Below are positions 37,595-46,863 of a stretch of DNA of 64,000 bases, one piece after another. Under the pieces are notes generated by a model. That model was not told where the DNA came from. It worked only from the letters and a program-made list of their open reading frames with translations, and ran no database searches. The stretch is taken from the NCBI GenBank assembly GCA_963662435.1, contig OY759598.1:1024507-1088506 (forward strand), read 5' to 3'. The stretch comes from Dehalococcoidia bacterium. Its GTDB lineage: Bacteria > Chloroflexota > Dehalococcoidia > Lucifugimonadales > VXLM01. The translations under genes and the position numbers were made by a program. How positions within the stretch are numbered: the first letter of the stretch is position 1; each line of letters starts with the position of its first letter.

Positions 37595-37812
37595 GGGCTG
37601 ACAGGAGTATATAAACTGGATTATAGCTACGATCCGGCCCCGTATCCCCGTCATTCCGAGTGGAGCGAGGAATCTAAGATCCATAACCGCAAAACCGGAC
37701 AGCCGGTGCCGGGGTTGTGTTCTCGTGAATGTAGGCCCCCTCTCCCGTTCGCGGGAGAGGGTTGGGGTGAGGGCAAATACATACCCCCGTTCGCCCTGAG
37801 CCTGTCGAAGGG
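37595..37812. mobile_element. MITE family 1, third copy with degenerate right end fused to REP-A
   Basis: GGGCTGACAGGAGTA start; internal ~60 bp shared with 2957-3016. Confidence 0.55.
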
Positions 37813-37990
37813 CAAGCCCCGCCAACCAAAGTTACAAAATTGCTGCAGAATGTTACACAAAAGCCCCGTAATGTCCCGAATTGTCCCACCTTCAGAGAGC
37901 ATTCCTAGGGATGGATCAGCTTGCACACGTGCTCATCCGACATCCATGCCGCCACTCCGAATCGCAATTCTACTTTACAATAACGACCGA

Positions 37991-38019
37991 AATGCATCAA
38001 AATGCATCAGAATGCATCA
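37991..38019. repeat. Three AATGCATCA repeats at exact 10-bp period
   Basis: Copies start at 37991, 38001 and 38011. Confidence 0.85.
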
Positions 38020-38073
38020 CTTTTGAGAAAGACTCCCGCCAGACATCCGCTCAATATCCCAAATCCAATCGTT

Positions 38074-38198
38074 AGTAACTTATCTCAAAATTCACTTCCG
38101 CGAGCTTGCTTCACGCAAATACTCAAATGAAACACGTTCGCCCTGAGCTTGTCGAAGGGCAATCCTCTACCAACACATGTAGTTTTGAGATGATCTCT
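38074..38198. repeat. REP-A unit inside imperfect inverted ends (ATCTCAAAA..TTTTGAGAT); related to 35710-35803
   Basis: Shared CTTCCGCGAG...AAACACGTTCGCCCTGAGCTTGTCGAAGGG. Confidence 0.6.
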
Positions 38199-38413
38199 AT
38201 GCCAAGTGTAGATCTAGTACCGCTACCATTTGAACGTGACTGTCAAATAGAGAGGCGTTTTATCCCCTCTCCTGTTCCCGGGAGAGGGCTAGAGCCTGCC
38301 CCGTACTCGATACGGGGGTGAGGGTGAATCGTAGTATCTAAATCATGTGGAACCGCTCCATAACCAGGTCGCGGACCCATTTGCCCCTTCTCCAATCGTG
38401 TAGAATCGTGGGC

Positions 38414-39427
38414 ATGATCCGAGCCCTTCTCCTGTCGTTACTCTTCGCCACCTCCTTTGCCGTTGCCTGCGGCGGCGATGATGAAGCGCATGCTCCCCGC
38501 GATAGAGTCGTGTTCATGGCCGGATTCAAGCCCCAGGCGAACCTTCCGTTCGTCGCCGCATACGTCGCGCAGGAACAGGGATATTTCGCCGAGCAGGATC
38601 TCGAGGTTGAGATTCGTCACGCCAGCAGCGGGGAGCACCTCAAACTGCTCGTTGCCGGCGATGTCCATGTCACGACCGCAGCCGCAACATCCGTACTCAA
38701 GCGTCGTTCCGACCCGCAGTTGCCAATCGTCGCGTTTGCCCTGTTTGGACAGAAGGGCCAGCAGGCCTATATCGCCCTGGAAGACTCAGGCATAACCGAT
38801 CTGAAAAGCTGGGAAGGCCGCACCTTGGGATACAAGATTTCCGTACCGCCCGATTATCTGGCAATGCTTGAGGCCGCAGGTGTGGACCGGGAGAAGGTCA
38901 ACGAGGTCAAGGTCGGCTTTGATCCCAGGGTCTTAACGGAAGGAAGGGTCGATGTTCTGGCGGTGTTCAAGTCAAACGAACCAAATGTCGTGAGAAGACT
39001 GGGGCACGAGGTCGTCCTGTGGGACCCCGCCGACTATGACGTTCCCAATATGGGCCTGACCTATATCGCGACGGATGACTATGCCGCGGACTCAGGCGAC
39101 GTTGTCGACCGATTCCTTCGCGCGACCCTTAAGGGCGTCGAGTTCGCCTTCGAGGAACCGGAGAAGACCCTCGACATCATCATGAAGTTCGCGCCGAAGG
39201 AGGACCGAGCTCACCAGGCATTCATGTTGAATTCAGAACTTGAGGACGCCAAAAGCTCATCGACGGACGAACACGGCCTCGGCCACATGACGGAAGGACA
39301 ATGGAAGGCGCTGTATGACCACCTTCTCAAATTCGAGGCGCTGCCTCAGCCCTTCGACTACCGGACGGCCTTCACTTCAACCTTCCTAGAAGAGGCCTAC
39401 GACGGCAATAGGCTCCGCTGGCCGTAG
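38414..39427 (+). CDS. ABC substrate-binding lipoprotein, NMT1/THI5-like
   Basis: AVAC lipobox; FKPQANLPFVAAYVAQEQGYFAEQDLEV; RFLRATLKG. Confidence 0.88.
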   Translation: MIRALLLSLLFATSFAVACGGDDEAHAPRDRVVFMAGFKPQANLPFVAAYVAQEQGYFAEQDLEVEIRHASSGEHLKLLVAGDVHVTTAAATSVLKRRSDPQLPIVAFALFGQKGQQAYIALEDSGITDLKSWEGRTLGYKISVPPDYLAMLEAAGVDREKVNEVKVGFDPRVLTEGRVDVLAVFKSNEPNVVRRLGHEVVLWDPADYDVPNMGLTYIATDDYAADSGDVVDRFLRATLKGVEFAFEEPEKTLDIIMKFAPKEDRAHQAFMLNSELEDAKSSSTDEHGLGHMTEGQWKALYDHLLKFEALPQPFDYRTAFTSTFLEEAYDGNRLRWP

Positions 39428-39433
39428 CCGGCG

Positions 39434-41485
39434 CTAGCCGACCAACTGCTTCGCAAGCTCCGCCGGTTCATTCACTGGAAGCTGGCAGACGTAGTTCTCG
39501 CACACATAGGCGGTAGGGCGTCCACCGACCTGTTTCCTGTCATGCAGCAACGGTAGATCTGAGCCGGAGTCCTCACCTGCATTCGCAGTGCCGACAACCA
39601 CTCGGTTGGGCAGATAGTCTTGATAGACCTTCTCAACAAGACTTGCCGTAGCCTCACTATCCGGCTCGCCGACTATAGCGACCTCTTTGACCTTGGACAG
39701 GTAGAAGTCGAGGGCCCCCAGCCAGTGTCCGGCTGCGGTTGGAAAGCGCTGCATAACCGCATTGGCCGCCCTTAGGGAGGTGGCCGCCTTCGAGTTGTAC
39801 GCCGAGTCGCCTGTTAGAACGGCCAACCTGAGCATGACGCTTACCGCCATCGAACTTCCCGCCGGAGCCGCGTTGTCCGTCAGGTCGCGAGGACGGATGA
39901 CCAGTGCTTCATGGTCCGACCCGGTGTCGTAGAACTGTTGGGAAGTATCATCCCAGAACAGGTCGACCATCGACCGGCCCAGCTTCAACGCAGCATCCAA
40001 CCACCTTTCGCCGAAGGTAGCCTCGTGCAGCAGCAGCAGCCCGTCGATCAGGAAAGCGTAGTCCTCGAGATATCCGAACAGCTTCGCTTGCCCGTCCTTG
40101 TACGTGCGCAGCAGCCTCCCGGACTCGTCCATCAGGTTGTCGAGCAGGAATGCGCCGCTCGAACTGGCAACCTCCCTGTAGTCGTCCCTGTCAAGAACGG
40201 CGCCCGCCTCCGCAAAGGCGGCCAGCATGAGACCGTTCCATGACGTGAGAATCTTGTCGTCACGCTCCGGCGCCACCCTCGACGCGCGTCGCTCCATCAG
40301 CTTGTCCCTTGACTCCCGCAACCGCGTCTCCAGCGCCGCCTCGTCCATTCCAACGGCACGCGCGAAATCGGGCAGGGGAGTGGGGGAATGCAAAATACTG
40401 CGTCCCTCGAAGTTGCCCTGAATCGTCACTCCGTAGAAGTCGTTGAAGAAAGTACCTCTATCCTTGCCCAGGACCTCTGATACCTCCTCCGGCCTCCATA
40501 CGAAGAACTTCCCTTCCTCCCCTTCGCTGTCTGCGTCCTGCGCTGAGTAGAACCCGCCCTCGGGCGAGGTCATCTCCCGAACGACGTAGTCCAGCGTCTC
40601 CTCGACGGTCCTGCGGTACATGGGGTTCCGCGTTACCTGGTAGGCGTGGAGATACAGCCTCGCCAGGAGCGCGTTGTCATAGAGCATCTTCTCGAAGTGG
40701 GGAACGAGCCAGTAGGTATCGGTGGAGTAGCGGTGGAACCCTCCTCCCACCTGATCGTAAATGCCGCCCCTCGCCATCCGGTCGAGGGTCAACTCCACCA
40801 TCTCCAGTACGGAGGGGTCTTCGGTGCGGAGGTATTGACGAAGCAGGAACTCCAGCGTCATCGGCTGCGGGAACTTGGGCTGGAGTCCGAACCCTCCGTA
40901 CGAGTCGTCAAACTGCTTACGCAGCTCTCGCACGGCATCAGACAAAATGACGTCGGTCAGTGGCTCAGTGCCGGGCGTGCTCCGGGTCATCTGCCGCATG
41001 TGCGTGACCAGCTGGGCAGTGGTGCTGGCGATGTCCCCTCTGCGATTACGGTATACGTCCGCCATCGTGTTCAGCACGCGGGGGAAGGAGGGTAGGCCGC
41101 CCCGTTCTTCGGGTGGGAAGTAGGTGCCCCCATAGAATGGCTTCCCGTCCGGCGTGAGAAAGACGGTCATCGGCCATCCGCCCTGGCCCGTAATCGCCTG
41201 GACCGCCGCCATGTAAATCGAGTCGATATCCGCGCGCTCTTCCCGGTCTACCTTGATGGACACGAAGTGCTCGTTCATCAGGGCGGCAATTGCTTCGTCC
41301 TCGAAAGACTCCCGCTCCATGACGTGGCACCAGTGGCACGCGGAATAACCCACGCTGAGAAGGATCGGCTTGTCCTCTCGGACGGCCCGTTCGAGGGCCT
41401 CAGGCCCCCACGGGTACCAGTCGACAGGATTGTTGGCATGCTGACGAAGGTAGGGACTCGACTCGTGGATCAGTCGGTTGGGCAT
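39434..41485 (-). CDS. Thioredoxin-domain protein YyaL/DUF255 (SSP411) family
   Basis: [39 protein letters not shown]. Confidence 0.95.
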   Translation of the reverse strand: MPNRLIHESSPYLRQHANNPVDWYPWGPEALERAVREDKPILLSVGYSACHWCHVMERESFEDEAIAALMNEHFVSIKVDREERADIDSIYMAAVQAITGQGGWPMTVFLTPDGKPFYGGTYFPPEERGGLPSFPRVLNTMADVYRNRRGDIASTTAQLVTHMRQMTRSTPGTEPLTDVILSDAVRELRKQFDDSYGGFGLQPKFPQPMTLEFLLRQYLRTEDPSVLEMVELTLDRMARGGIYDQVGGGFHRYSTDTYWLVPHFEKMLYDNALLARLYLHAYQVTRNPMYRRTVEETLDYVVREMTSPEGGFYSAQDADSEGEEGKFFVWRPEEVSEVLGKDRGTFFNDFYGVTIQGNFEGRSILHSPTPLPDFARAVGMDEAALETRLRESRDKLMERRASRVAPERDDKILTSWNGLMLAAFAEAGAVLDRDDYREVASSSGAFLLDNLMDESGRLLRTYKDGQAKLFGYLEDYAFLIDGLLLLHEATFGERWLDAALKLGRSMVDLFWDDTSQQFYDTGSDHEALVIRPRDLTDNAAPAGSSMAVSVMLRLAVLTGDSAYNSKAATSLRAANAVMQRFPTAAGHWLGALDFYLSKVKEVAIVGEPDSEATASLVEKVYQDYLPNRVVVGTANAGEDSGSDLPLLHDRKQVGGRPTAYVCENYVCQLPVNEPAELAKQLVG

Positions 41486-41572
41486 GTGGTATCGCTTACC
41501 CTAACTCACAAGTCCGGAAGACCGTCTGGCGCTGCTGACTTCAAGCATCGCGCACGCGACTGAGGGAGCAGG

Positions 41573-41746
41573 TCACTTCCTGGCCGTTACCTTGTTCAAC
41601 ACGAAGAAGACCAGGCCCGCGATGAACAGCCCAACCGCAGTGAAGAAGATAACGCCACCGGAAAACACTGAACTGACCAGCATAATGGCAGCCAGTACCC
41701 AGAAGAAGTATGCCGCGCCTATGAAGACCACTCGCAACGTGTCCAT
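41573..41746 (-). CDS. 57-aa two-helix membrane protein (absent from ORF track)
   Basis: MDTLRVVFIGAAYFFWVLAAIMLVSSVFSGGVIFFTAVGLFIAGLVFFVLNKVTARK; RBS GAGGGGG. Confidence 0.7.
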   Translation of the reverse strand: MDTLRVVFIGAAYFFWVLAAIMLVSSVFSGGVIFFTAVGLFIAGLVFFVLNKVTARK

Positions 41747-41933
41747 GAATATCCCCCTCTAAGTGCAGCCCTTGAGTTGCCCATACTCTACACGCTGTAG
41801 GCCGGAATGCAAAGTGGCGCCAACTGTGTACCGTAGAACAAGGCGCCTGCTGCAGGGTCTTGCTAACCAATGGCTAAGAGCACGGCTCGCAGATCTACGA
41901 AAAGGCCAAACGGAAGGAGGAGTTAGGTGGACG

Positions 41934-42010
41934 TGGCGTCCCTGGCAGGATTCGAACCCGCGACCCGCTGCTTAGAAGGCAGCCGCTCTGTCCAACTGAG
42001 CTACAGGGAC
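41934..42010 (-). tRNA. tRNA-Arg (anticodon UCU)
   Basis: GTCCCTGTAGCTCAGTTGGACAGAGC..GCTGC-CTTCTAA-GCAGC..GGTTCGAATCC..GCCA, 77 nt. Confidence 0.97.
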
Positions 42011-42055
42011 ATCCTGTACCTGCAAGTGTAGCAATGCGGATGGCCCGCCATCAAG

Positions 42056-42559
42056 TCAAGATTGGGTCGGTCCCGTTTCAACCCAGTGGACGGTCATGCC
42101 GCCGATCCGAAAACCTTTAACCTGACGGACCGAAACGCCGTCGGAGTCGGGTAGGGTAGTGAGATGCTCCTGGACAAGCTCTCCTACGCGCCTCCTGAGA
42201 ACCATGGCGCCCATGATCCCTAGCGCCAGTGAGGAGACGCCCTTCAAGACGCTCTTTGAGCGGCCCTTCAGTACGGTGGATATGAGCAAGGCGATGAGAG
42301 CCGCAACCAGGATATTCGTTCCGCAGTAAGGGGATACCGCTAGGTCTCTCCGTCCTGACTGCAGTCGCCGCAAGGCTTCCTCCGCCGCGCCCCTTACTTC
42401 CTCAGTCGATGCGCGGCTGTAGATGAAATAGCCTCGAGGGGTCGCGTTTCCCGCTAGGGGAGGGCGGAGGCCCCGTTCAAGAAGCACGGCCACGGTCGCG
42501 TGCTCCCTGCCATGTTGACAGCGAATCTCCCGAAGCAACCCAATCAGCCGGGTGAACAC
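42056..42559 (-). CDS. DUF6391-like conserved protein
   Basis: HGREHAT..GYFIY..ALRRLQSG..LAVSPYCGTN..QEHLTT. Confidence 0.7.
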   Translation of the reverse strand: MFTRLIGLLREIRCQHGREHATVAVLLERGLRPPLAGNATPRGYFIYSRASTEEVRGAAEEALRRLQSGRRDLAVSPYCGTNILVAALIALLISTVLKGRSKSVLKGVSSLALGIMGAMVLRRRVGELVQEHLTTLPDSDGVSVRQVKGFRIGGMTVHWVETGPTQS

Positions 42560-42912
42560 AATAAGTTCCCTTTCTTATGGGAGGGATAACGATCCTATCT
42601 CCATTACCTGCAGGCTTCGCAACCGAGTTCGAGAGTAGCAGGCTTGCCCAGAGTCAGTCAACGGCATCATAATGTCCATTATATCGGCGATTTCGCGTGT
42701 AAAATCCATATGGTGATGCGCTTGGCCTCTGTCAAAGGAAAGGTCTCACACTCCGACGCGCATGAGGGCTAGTTGAAAAGATGGACAAGGTACTGACTTC
42801 TTTCTGAGTCTGAAACCCTTTGAAATTCTTGGAAAAGTGATAGAAAACGAATTGACACCGCGATTACCGTAGGCTTAGCATGAGACTACAGTACATTGTG
42901 GGAGGAGTGATG

Positions 42913-43155
42913 ATGAGGAGAAAAACCAAGAAGATGATCGCAGTTGAGGAGAAGTTTCAGCAGCCGTTGGAGAAGATGCTGCCGCAGATGGTGACAGAAT
43001 ATGGTCTGACTGCCACGGCGGACGAGCTCGGCGTGAGCAAGGCCACTTTGGGCTATTGGCTGCTAAAGCTGGGGATCAATGTACATCGTGTCGCCCTGGC
43101 GCCAGGCGAGACGATTGAGGTCAAGAGGGTGGGGTATCCTTCCAGCAACAACTAG
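42913..43155 (+). CDS. Small HTH DNA-binding protein
   Basis: GLTATADELGVSKATLGYWLLKLGI; RBS GGAGG; upstream TTGACA-18-TAGCAT. Confidence 0.8.
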   Translation: MRRKTKKMIAVEEKFQQPLEKMLPQMVTEYGLTATADELGVSKATLGYWLLKLGINVHRVALAPGETIEVKRVGYPSSNN

Positions 43156-43220
43156 GCATGGAAAAACTCTAGGTACCTTCCGCACGGGCCGGGGCGCTAA
43201 TCTGCTCCGGCCCGTATCGT

Positions 43221-43676
43221 TTAACGAGCTCGGCGTATGGCCATCCGGGCTTCCTTCTCCCGCTCACGGTCGATTAGTGCTCGGCGCTTGTCATAGTGCT
43301 TTCGCCCCCTGGCTACTCCCACTTCGACCTTCGCCCTTTGCCGCTTCAAGTAGAGCTTCAAGGGGACCAAGGTCAGGCCCCTCTCATCCACCTGCCGGGT
43401 AAGCCGGTTAATCTGGTCTTTGTGCAAGAGGAGTTTGCGCGGCCGTTTCGGATCATGGTTGTTTTGTGCCGAAGCCGAGTACTGAGAAATGTGGGCGTTC
43501 ATGAGCCATATTTCGCCGTCAATTGGACGTGCGTATGCATCGCTGAAGTTGGCTCGCCCTTCCCGAATTGCCTTGATCTCTGTCCCGACCAATACGAGGC
43601 CCGCCTCGATGCTGTCAAGGATGTCGTACTCGTACCGAGCCTTTCGATTAACCGCAAACGTCTTGCTGCCAACCAT
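43221..43676 (-). CDS. smpB: SsrA-binding protein
   Basis: NRKARYEY..EAGLVLVGTEIKAIR..RKLLLHK..GRKHYDKR. Confidence 0.98.
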   Translation of the reverse strand: MVGSKTFAVNRKARYEYDILDSIEAGLVLVGTEIKAIREGRANFSDAYARPIDGEIWLMNAHISQYSASAQNNHDPKRPRKLLLHKDQINRLTRQVDERGLTLVPLKLYLKRQRAKVEVGVARGRKHYDKRRALIDREREKEARMAIRRAR

Positions 43677-43687
43677 GCGACCGGCCT

Positions 43688-45106
43688 TTAGGAACTTTCG
43701 TCCAGTTCGAACGAGCCACCGCCTACAATGGCTTCCAACTCTTCAATGGCCCTGCGAAGCTGGTCTACGTCAGCCTTCTGGGCGTCACGACTTGTGACTT
43801 CAATGTCGGGCGCGACGCCCTCTCCTTGGATGAGTCTTCCATCGGGCGTATACCAGTGGGCGACGGTGATATACAGGCCGGCGCCATTGCTAAGCCGGCG
43901 GAGCCAGTTTACGCTGCCCTTGCCAAATGTGGTGTCGCCGATGAGCATGGCGCGGTCATGGTCCTGGAGTGCGCCCGCGAGGATCTCGGAAGCGCTGGCG
44001 CTGCCTCCGTTGACTAGGACCACCATTGGAATATCGGTCAGAAATTCTCGGTCCTCCGTCGTGATGGGATAGTCGGTCCGGCGCTTATTGGCGTCAACTA
44101 CGTAGAGGGCAAGACCGTCCTCTACGAATAGGCTTGCCACGTCAACCGCGGCGGAGAGGAGACCACCACCGTTGCTTCTGAGGTCGAGGATCAGTCCTTC
44201 GGCACCCGCTTCCATCTCCTGAGCGACTACCGCCCGAAGTTTTTCGGCCGTCTGCGGGTAGAAATCAGTCAGACGAATGTGCATGAATTTGTCGCCCGGC
44301 TCACTTCGGAGTCGCACGCTAGTCAAGGGAATGACTGCCCGCTTCACTTCGACGATTACGGGGTCGATCTGCCCCAGTTTCTTCACCAACAGCTGGGCGA
44401 TGCTGTCTTTGGGACCCCTGATCTTCGAGACAGCCTCTAGTGTGGAAAGACCCTCCAGGCTAATTCCGTCGACCTCGAGGATGATGTCGCCAGGCTTGAT
44501 CCCGGCCAGTTCGGCCGGTCCTCCTTCGATCGGGGAGACGATCACAAGGTGCCCTCTAGCATTCATCTCGACGAATGCTCCGATGCCCTGAAACTCGCCT
44601 TCAAACACGTCGCCGAACTGCCCAGCGAGCACGTCCGCGCGAACGTAGGAGGTCTGAGGATCCCCGAGTGTACTTGTGATGCCCCTAATTGCGAACTCCG
44701 TTGCGAGTTCGGGATCAATCTTCTCGCGGTCGACATAGTCTCGGTTCAGGTGCTCCCAGGCCTCCCAGATAACGTCCAGGTCGGTAGGTATGTGTTTGGG
44801 AGGCACAATATCGTCATCGTTTACGACCACATTCGGAAACACCGGGGCATCGGTTGAGTTCTCATGGACCTCGAGGGCTTCAGATACCGTTGACCGCACG
44901 AGGTCCTCGATCTCCTCTGACGATGCATCCTCGTGCATCTTGGAGACAATCTCTCCAACTATTTTCTCTAAGTCGGGGGTCGGTTGGACGGGTAGGGTAT
45001 CGGCCGAGGTGTCATCCCCTCCACCAATTGCGCTACAGGCGAGTCCAATAGACAGGAGAAACGTGACTGCGGCATAGGCGACCGCCTTGATTGCCCGATG
45101 TTTCAT
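43688..45106 (-). CDS. ctpA: S41 C-terminal processing peptidase (lipoprotein)
   Basis: PDZ GIG, LDLRSNGGG, SASASEI, TFGKGSV. Confidence 0.92.
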   Translation of the reverse strand: MKHRAIKAVAYAAVTFLLSIGLACSAIGGGDDTSADTLPVQPTPDLEKIVGEIVSKMHEDASSEEIEDLVRSTVSEALEVHENSTDAPVFPNVVVNDDDIVPPKHIPTDLDVIWEAWEHLNRDYVDREKIDPELATEFAIRGITSTLGDPQTSYVRADVLAGQFGDVFEGEFQGIGAFVEMNARGHLVIVSPIEGGPAELAGIKPGDIILEVDGISLEGLSTLEAVSKIRGPKDSIAQLLVKKLGQIDPVIVEVKRAVIPLTSVRLRSEPGDKFMHIRLTDFYPQTAEKLRAVVAQEMEAGAEGLILDLRSNGGGLLSAAVDVASLFVEDGLALYVVDANKRRTDYPITTEDREFLTDIPMVVLVNGGSASASEILAGALQDHDRAMLIGDTTFGKGSVNWLRRLSNGAGLYITVAHWYTPDGRLIQGEGVAPDIEVTSRDAQKADVDQLRRAIEELEAIVGGGSFELDESS

Positions 45107-45223
45107 ATCGCTTGAGGTTCCTTTCTTAAGACCGGAGTGGCCTATGCTGTCATACTATCATGTCCACTTGCGGCACTCTTGAGGAGATTACGCGCGAGTG
45201 CATATGGAACAAACCTCCCCTTC

Positions 45224-45354
45224 GAGGCCCCGTCATCATATTCAACGGCTCGGAGCCCGATGGGTTACTTGCCGACCTTTGCCCGAGGTGACTTCCCCGA
45301 CAGACAATTCCACATCCGCGACTCCTCTCAGACCATTGACCGATTGGCGACCTC
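45224..45354 (-). ncRNA. Candidate rod-like structured RNA
   Basis: Five nested helices with G-U pairs favouring the minus strand; TTGAAA-16-TATCAT adjacent. Confidence 0.35.
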
Positions 45355-45480
45355 ATGATAACTTGACTTGAAAAGCTTTCAACAACATTTTCTTCGGTGA
45401 CTCAGCTCAGCTATACATATTTTCAGCCTATCTGAAATACCTGTTGAAAAAGTAATTCAAGTTTTTCAGGGAGATTACCC

Positions 45481-46575
45481 GTGGCAGACTCGGCTCAACC
45501 CGTAGTGAAAAGGCGGACTCGAGTGTCTCGTCCTTACCCTCAACATCGCCTTTCCGATGTACTTGAAATCGCTAAATCGATTCAGGAGAGCAACTCGGGT
45601 CTTGCCTTCGACCGCGTTAGACTTGCCAAATCCATCGGTACGACCCCCTCCAGTAGCGCGTTCATGATGAAACTCAATTCGTCGGCAAAATACGGGCTAA
45701 CGGAGGGAGGCTACAGTGACCCGCGCATTTCGCTTACGGAGTTGGGACTGCGTGCCGCGAAAGCCGACACGAATGCGCTGGTTGAGGCAGTGATGGGCCC
45801 AGACACCTTCAAAAGGTTCTATGAGCTTCTGGACGGCAAGAGAATTCCCGCTCCAAACGAGGCATCGGGAGTCATCGTGGACGATGTTGGCATTCCGGAA
45901 GAGCTCGCTTCAGAATTCCTGGGAATCGTAGTGGGCAACGGAGAACTGGTTGGCATCGTCACTGAGGTTCGCGATTCCCACTACGTCAGCCTCGCTGAGC
46001 TGTCGGACGCGGATGCGCAACCTGTCGAGGTCCAGGCTCCGAAAGAGTCTCGGTCTGCCCGCGAACCAGCTCGCAATGCAACCGAGAGTCGTGCCTCTCA
46101 CGATACACAGCCACAAGGAGAGCGAGGGCCGGGAAATGGAAGACTCCTAGTAGCTCACTCCGGCGCTGGAGCCGTAGCGGACCGCATCGTTCGCATGTTG
46201 GACGACCTCAGCGTCCCGCATGGCATCGTCGAAATCGATCCTATCGATTCCTCGCCGCTCAGTGCGGAGTGGTCCAACGAGATTGACAAGTGCGGTGGAG
46301 CAATAGTCGTTATGGCTGGGCCAAGTCGGGTGGTATCGACTCCCGGCGTTGCCTCTTCACGCTCCTCCAAAATGCTGCTGCAGCTCGGCGCCGCTGTGGA
46401 CCGATTCAAGGACCGCGTCGTAATGGTCGTCGGTGCGGATGGGGACCATTTCTTGCAAACGGCCCAAATTCAAAGAGTCCACGTCGACGGCGACGATTCA
46501 GGACGATTCGAACTGGACCTCTTGCGGGGGCTACTGAACGCGGAAATGATGGTTGTGTCGATACCAGGGCAATAA
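45481..46575 (+). CDS. Winged-HTH + TIR-like nucleotide-binding domain protein
   Basis: N-terminal RPYPQH..LAKSIG..SSSAF..SSAKYGLTEG; C-terminal LLVAHS..CGGAIVVM..MLLQLGAAV..RVVMVV. Confidence 0.65.
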   Translation: MADSAQPVVKRRTRVSRPYPQHRLSDVLEIAKSIQESNSGLAFDRVRLAKSIGTTPSSSAFMMKLNSSAKYGLTEGGYSDPRISLTELGLRAAKADTNALVEAVMGPDTFKRFYELLDGKRIPAPNEASGVIVDDVGIPEELASEFLGIVVGNGELVGIVTEVRDSHYVSLAELSDADAQPVEVQAPKESRSAREPARNATESRASHDTQPQGERGPGNGRLLVAHSGAGAVADRIVRMLDDLSVPHGIVEIDPIDSSPLSAEWSNEIDKCGGAIVVMAGPSRVVSTPGVASSRSSKMLLQLGAAVDRFKDRVVMVVGADGDHFLQTAQIQRVHVDGDDSGRFELDLLRGLLNAEMMVVSIPGQ

Positions 46576-46633
46576 TCCTAGTCCTGCTACGTTATGTCAA
46601 GTAGCTCTGCAACACCTACAAAAGCAATGCCGA

Positions 46634-46661
46634 ACGTGACATAACATTTATAGTGCGAACT
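46634..46661 (-). other. dif-like XerCD recombination site
   Basis: AGTTCGCACTA-TAAATG-TTATGTCACGT (11-6-11). Confidence 0.6.
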
Positions 46662-46676
46662 TATTGAATCTTGTAT

Positions 46677-46863
46677 AGAGAGTCCTCTTCTCTCCCCGAC
46701 CGACGCGGAGGGTCTCTCCTGATGTCACACTTCATCTCACCGACTGTTGGACAGCCAAGAATAAGACCCGGTGTAGATGGTTGACCCGTGCGACCCGATT
46801 TGAGGCCCCTAAACTGAGGCGAGAGCAGCCGACGTACGGCACACGTCGGAAAACGGCCTCTTT
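46677..46863 (+). ncRNA. Candidate 6S-like RNA
   Basis: About 187 nt; CATCTCACCG/CGGTGTAGATG terminal stem, GGGTCTC/GAGGCCC and CCGAC/GTCGG outer stems. Confidence 0.4.

Noticed and set aside
41486..42055. Island at tRNA-Arg
   Set aside because: No duplication of its 3' end seen in the neighbouring sequence.
42662..42689. Second dif-like spacing CGGCATCATAA-TGTCCA-TTATATCGGCG
   Set aside because: Only the inner TAA-N6-TTA matches and the outer XerD arm is poor; similarly 6141-6153 is a lone half-site.
42560..45480. tmRNA near smpB
   Set aside because: No tRNA-Ala-like ends (GGGG... / TTCGA...CCACCA) found in the flanking intergenic regions.
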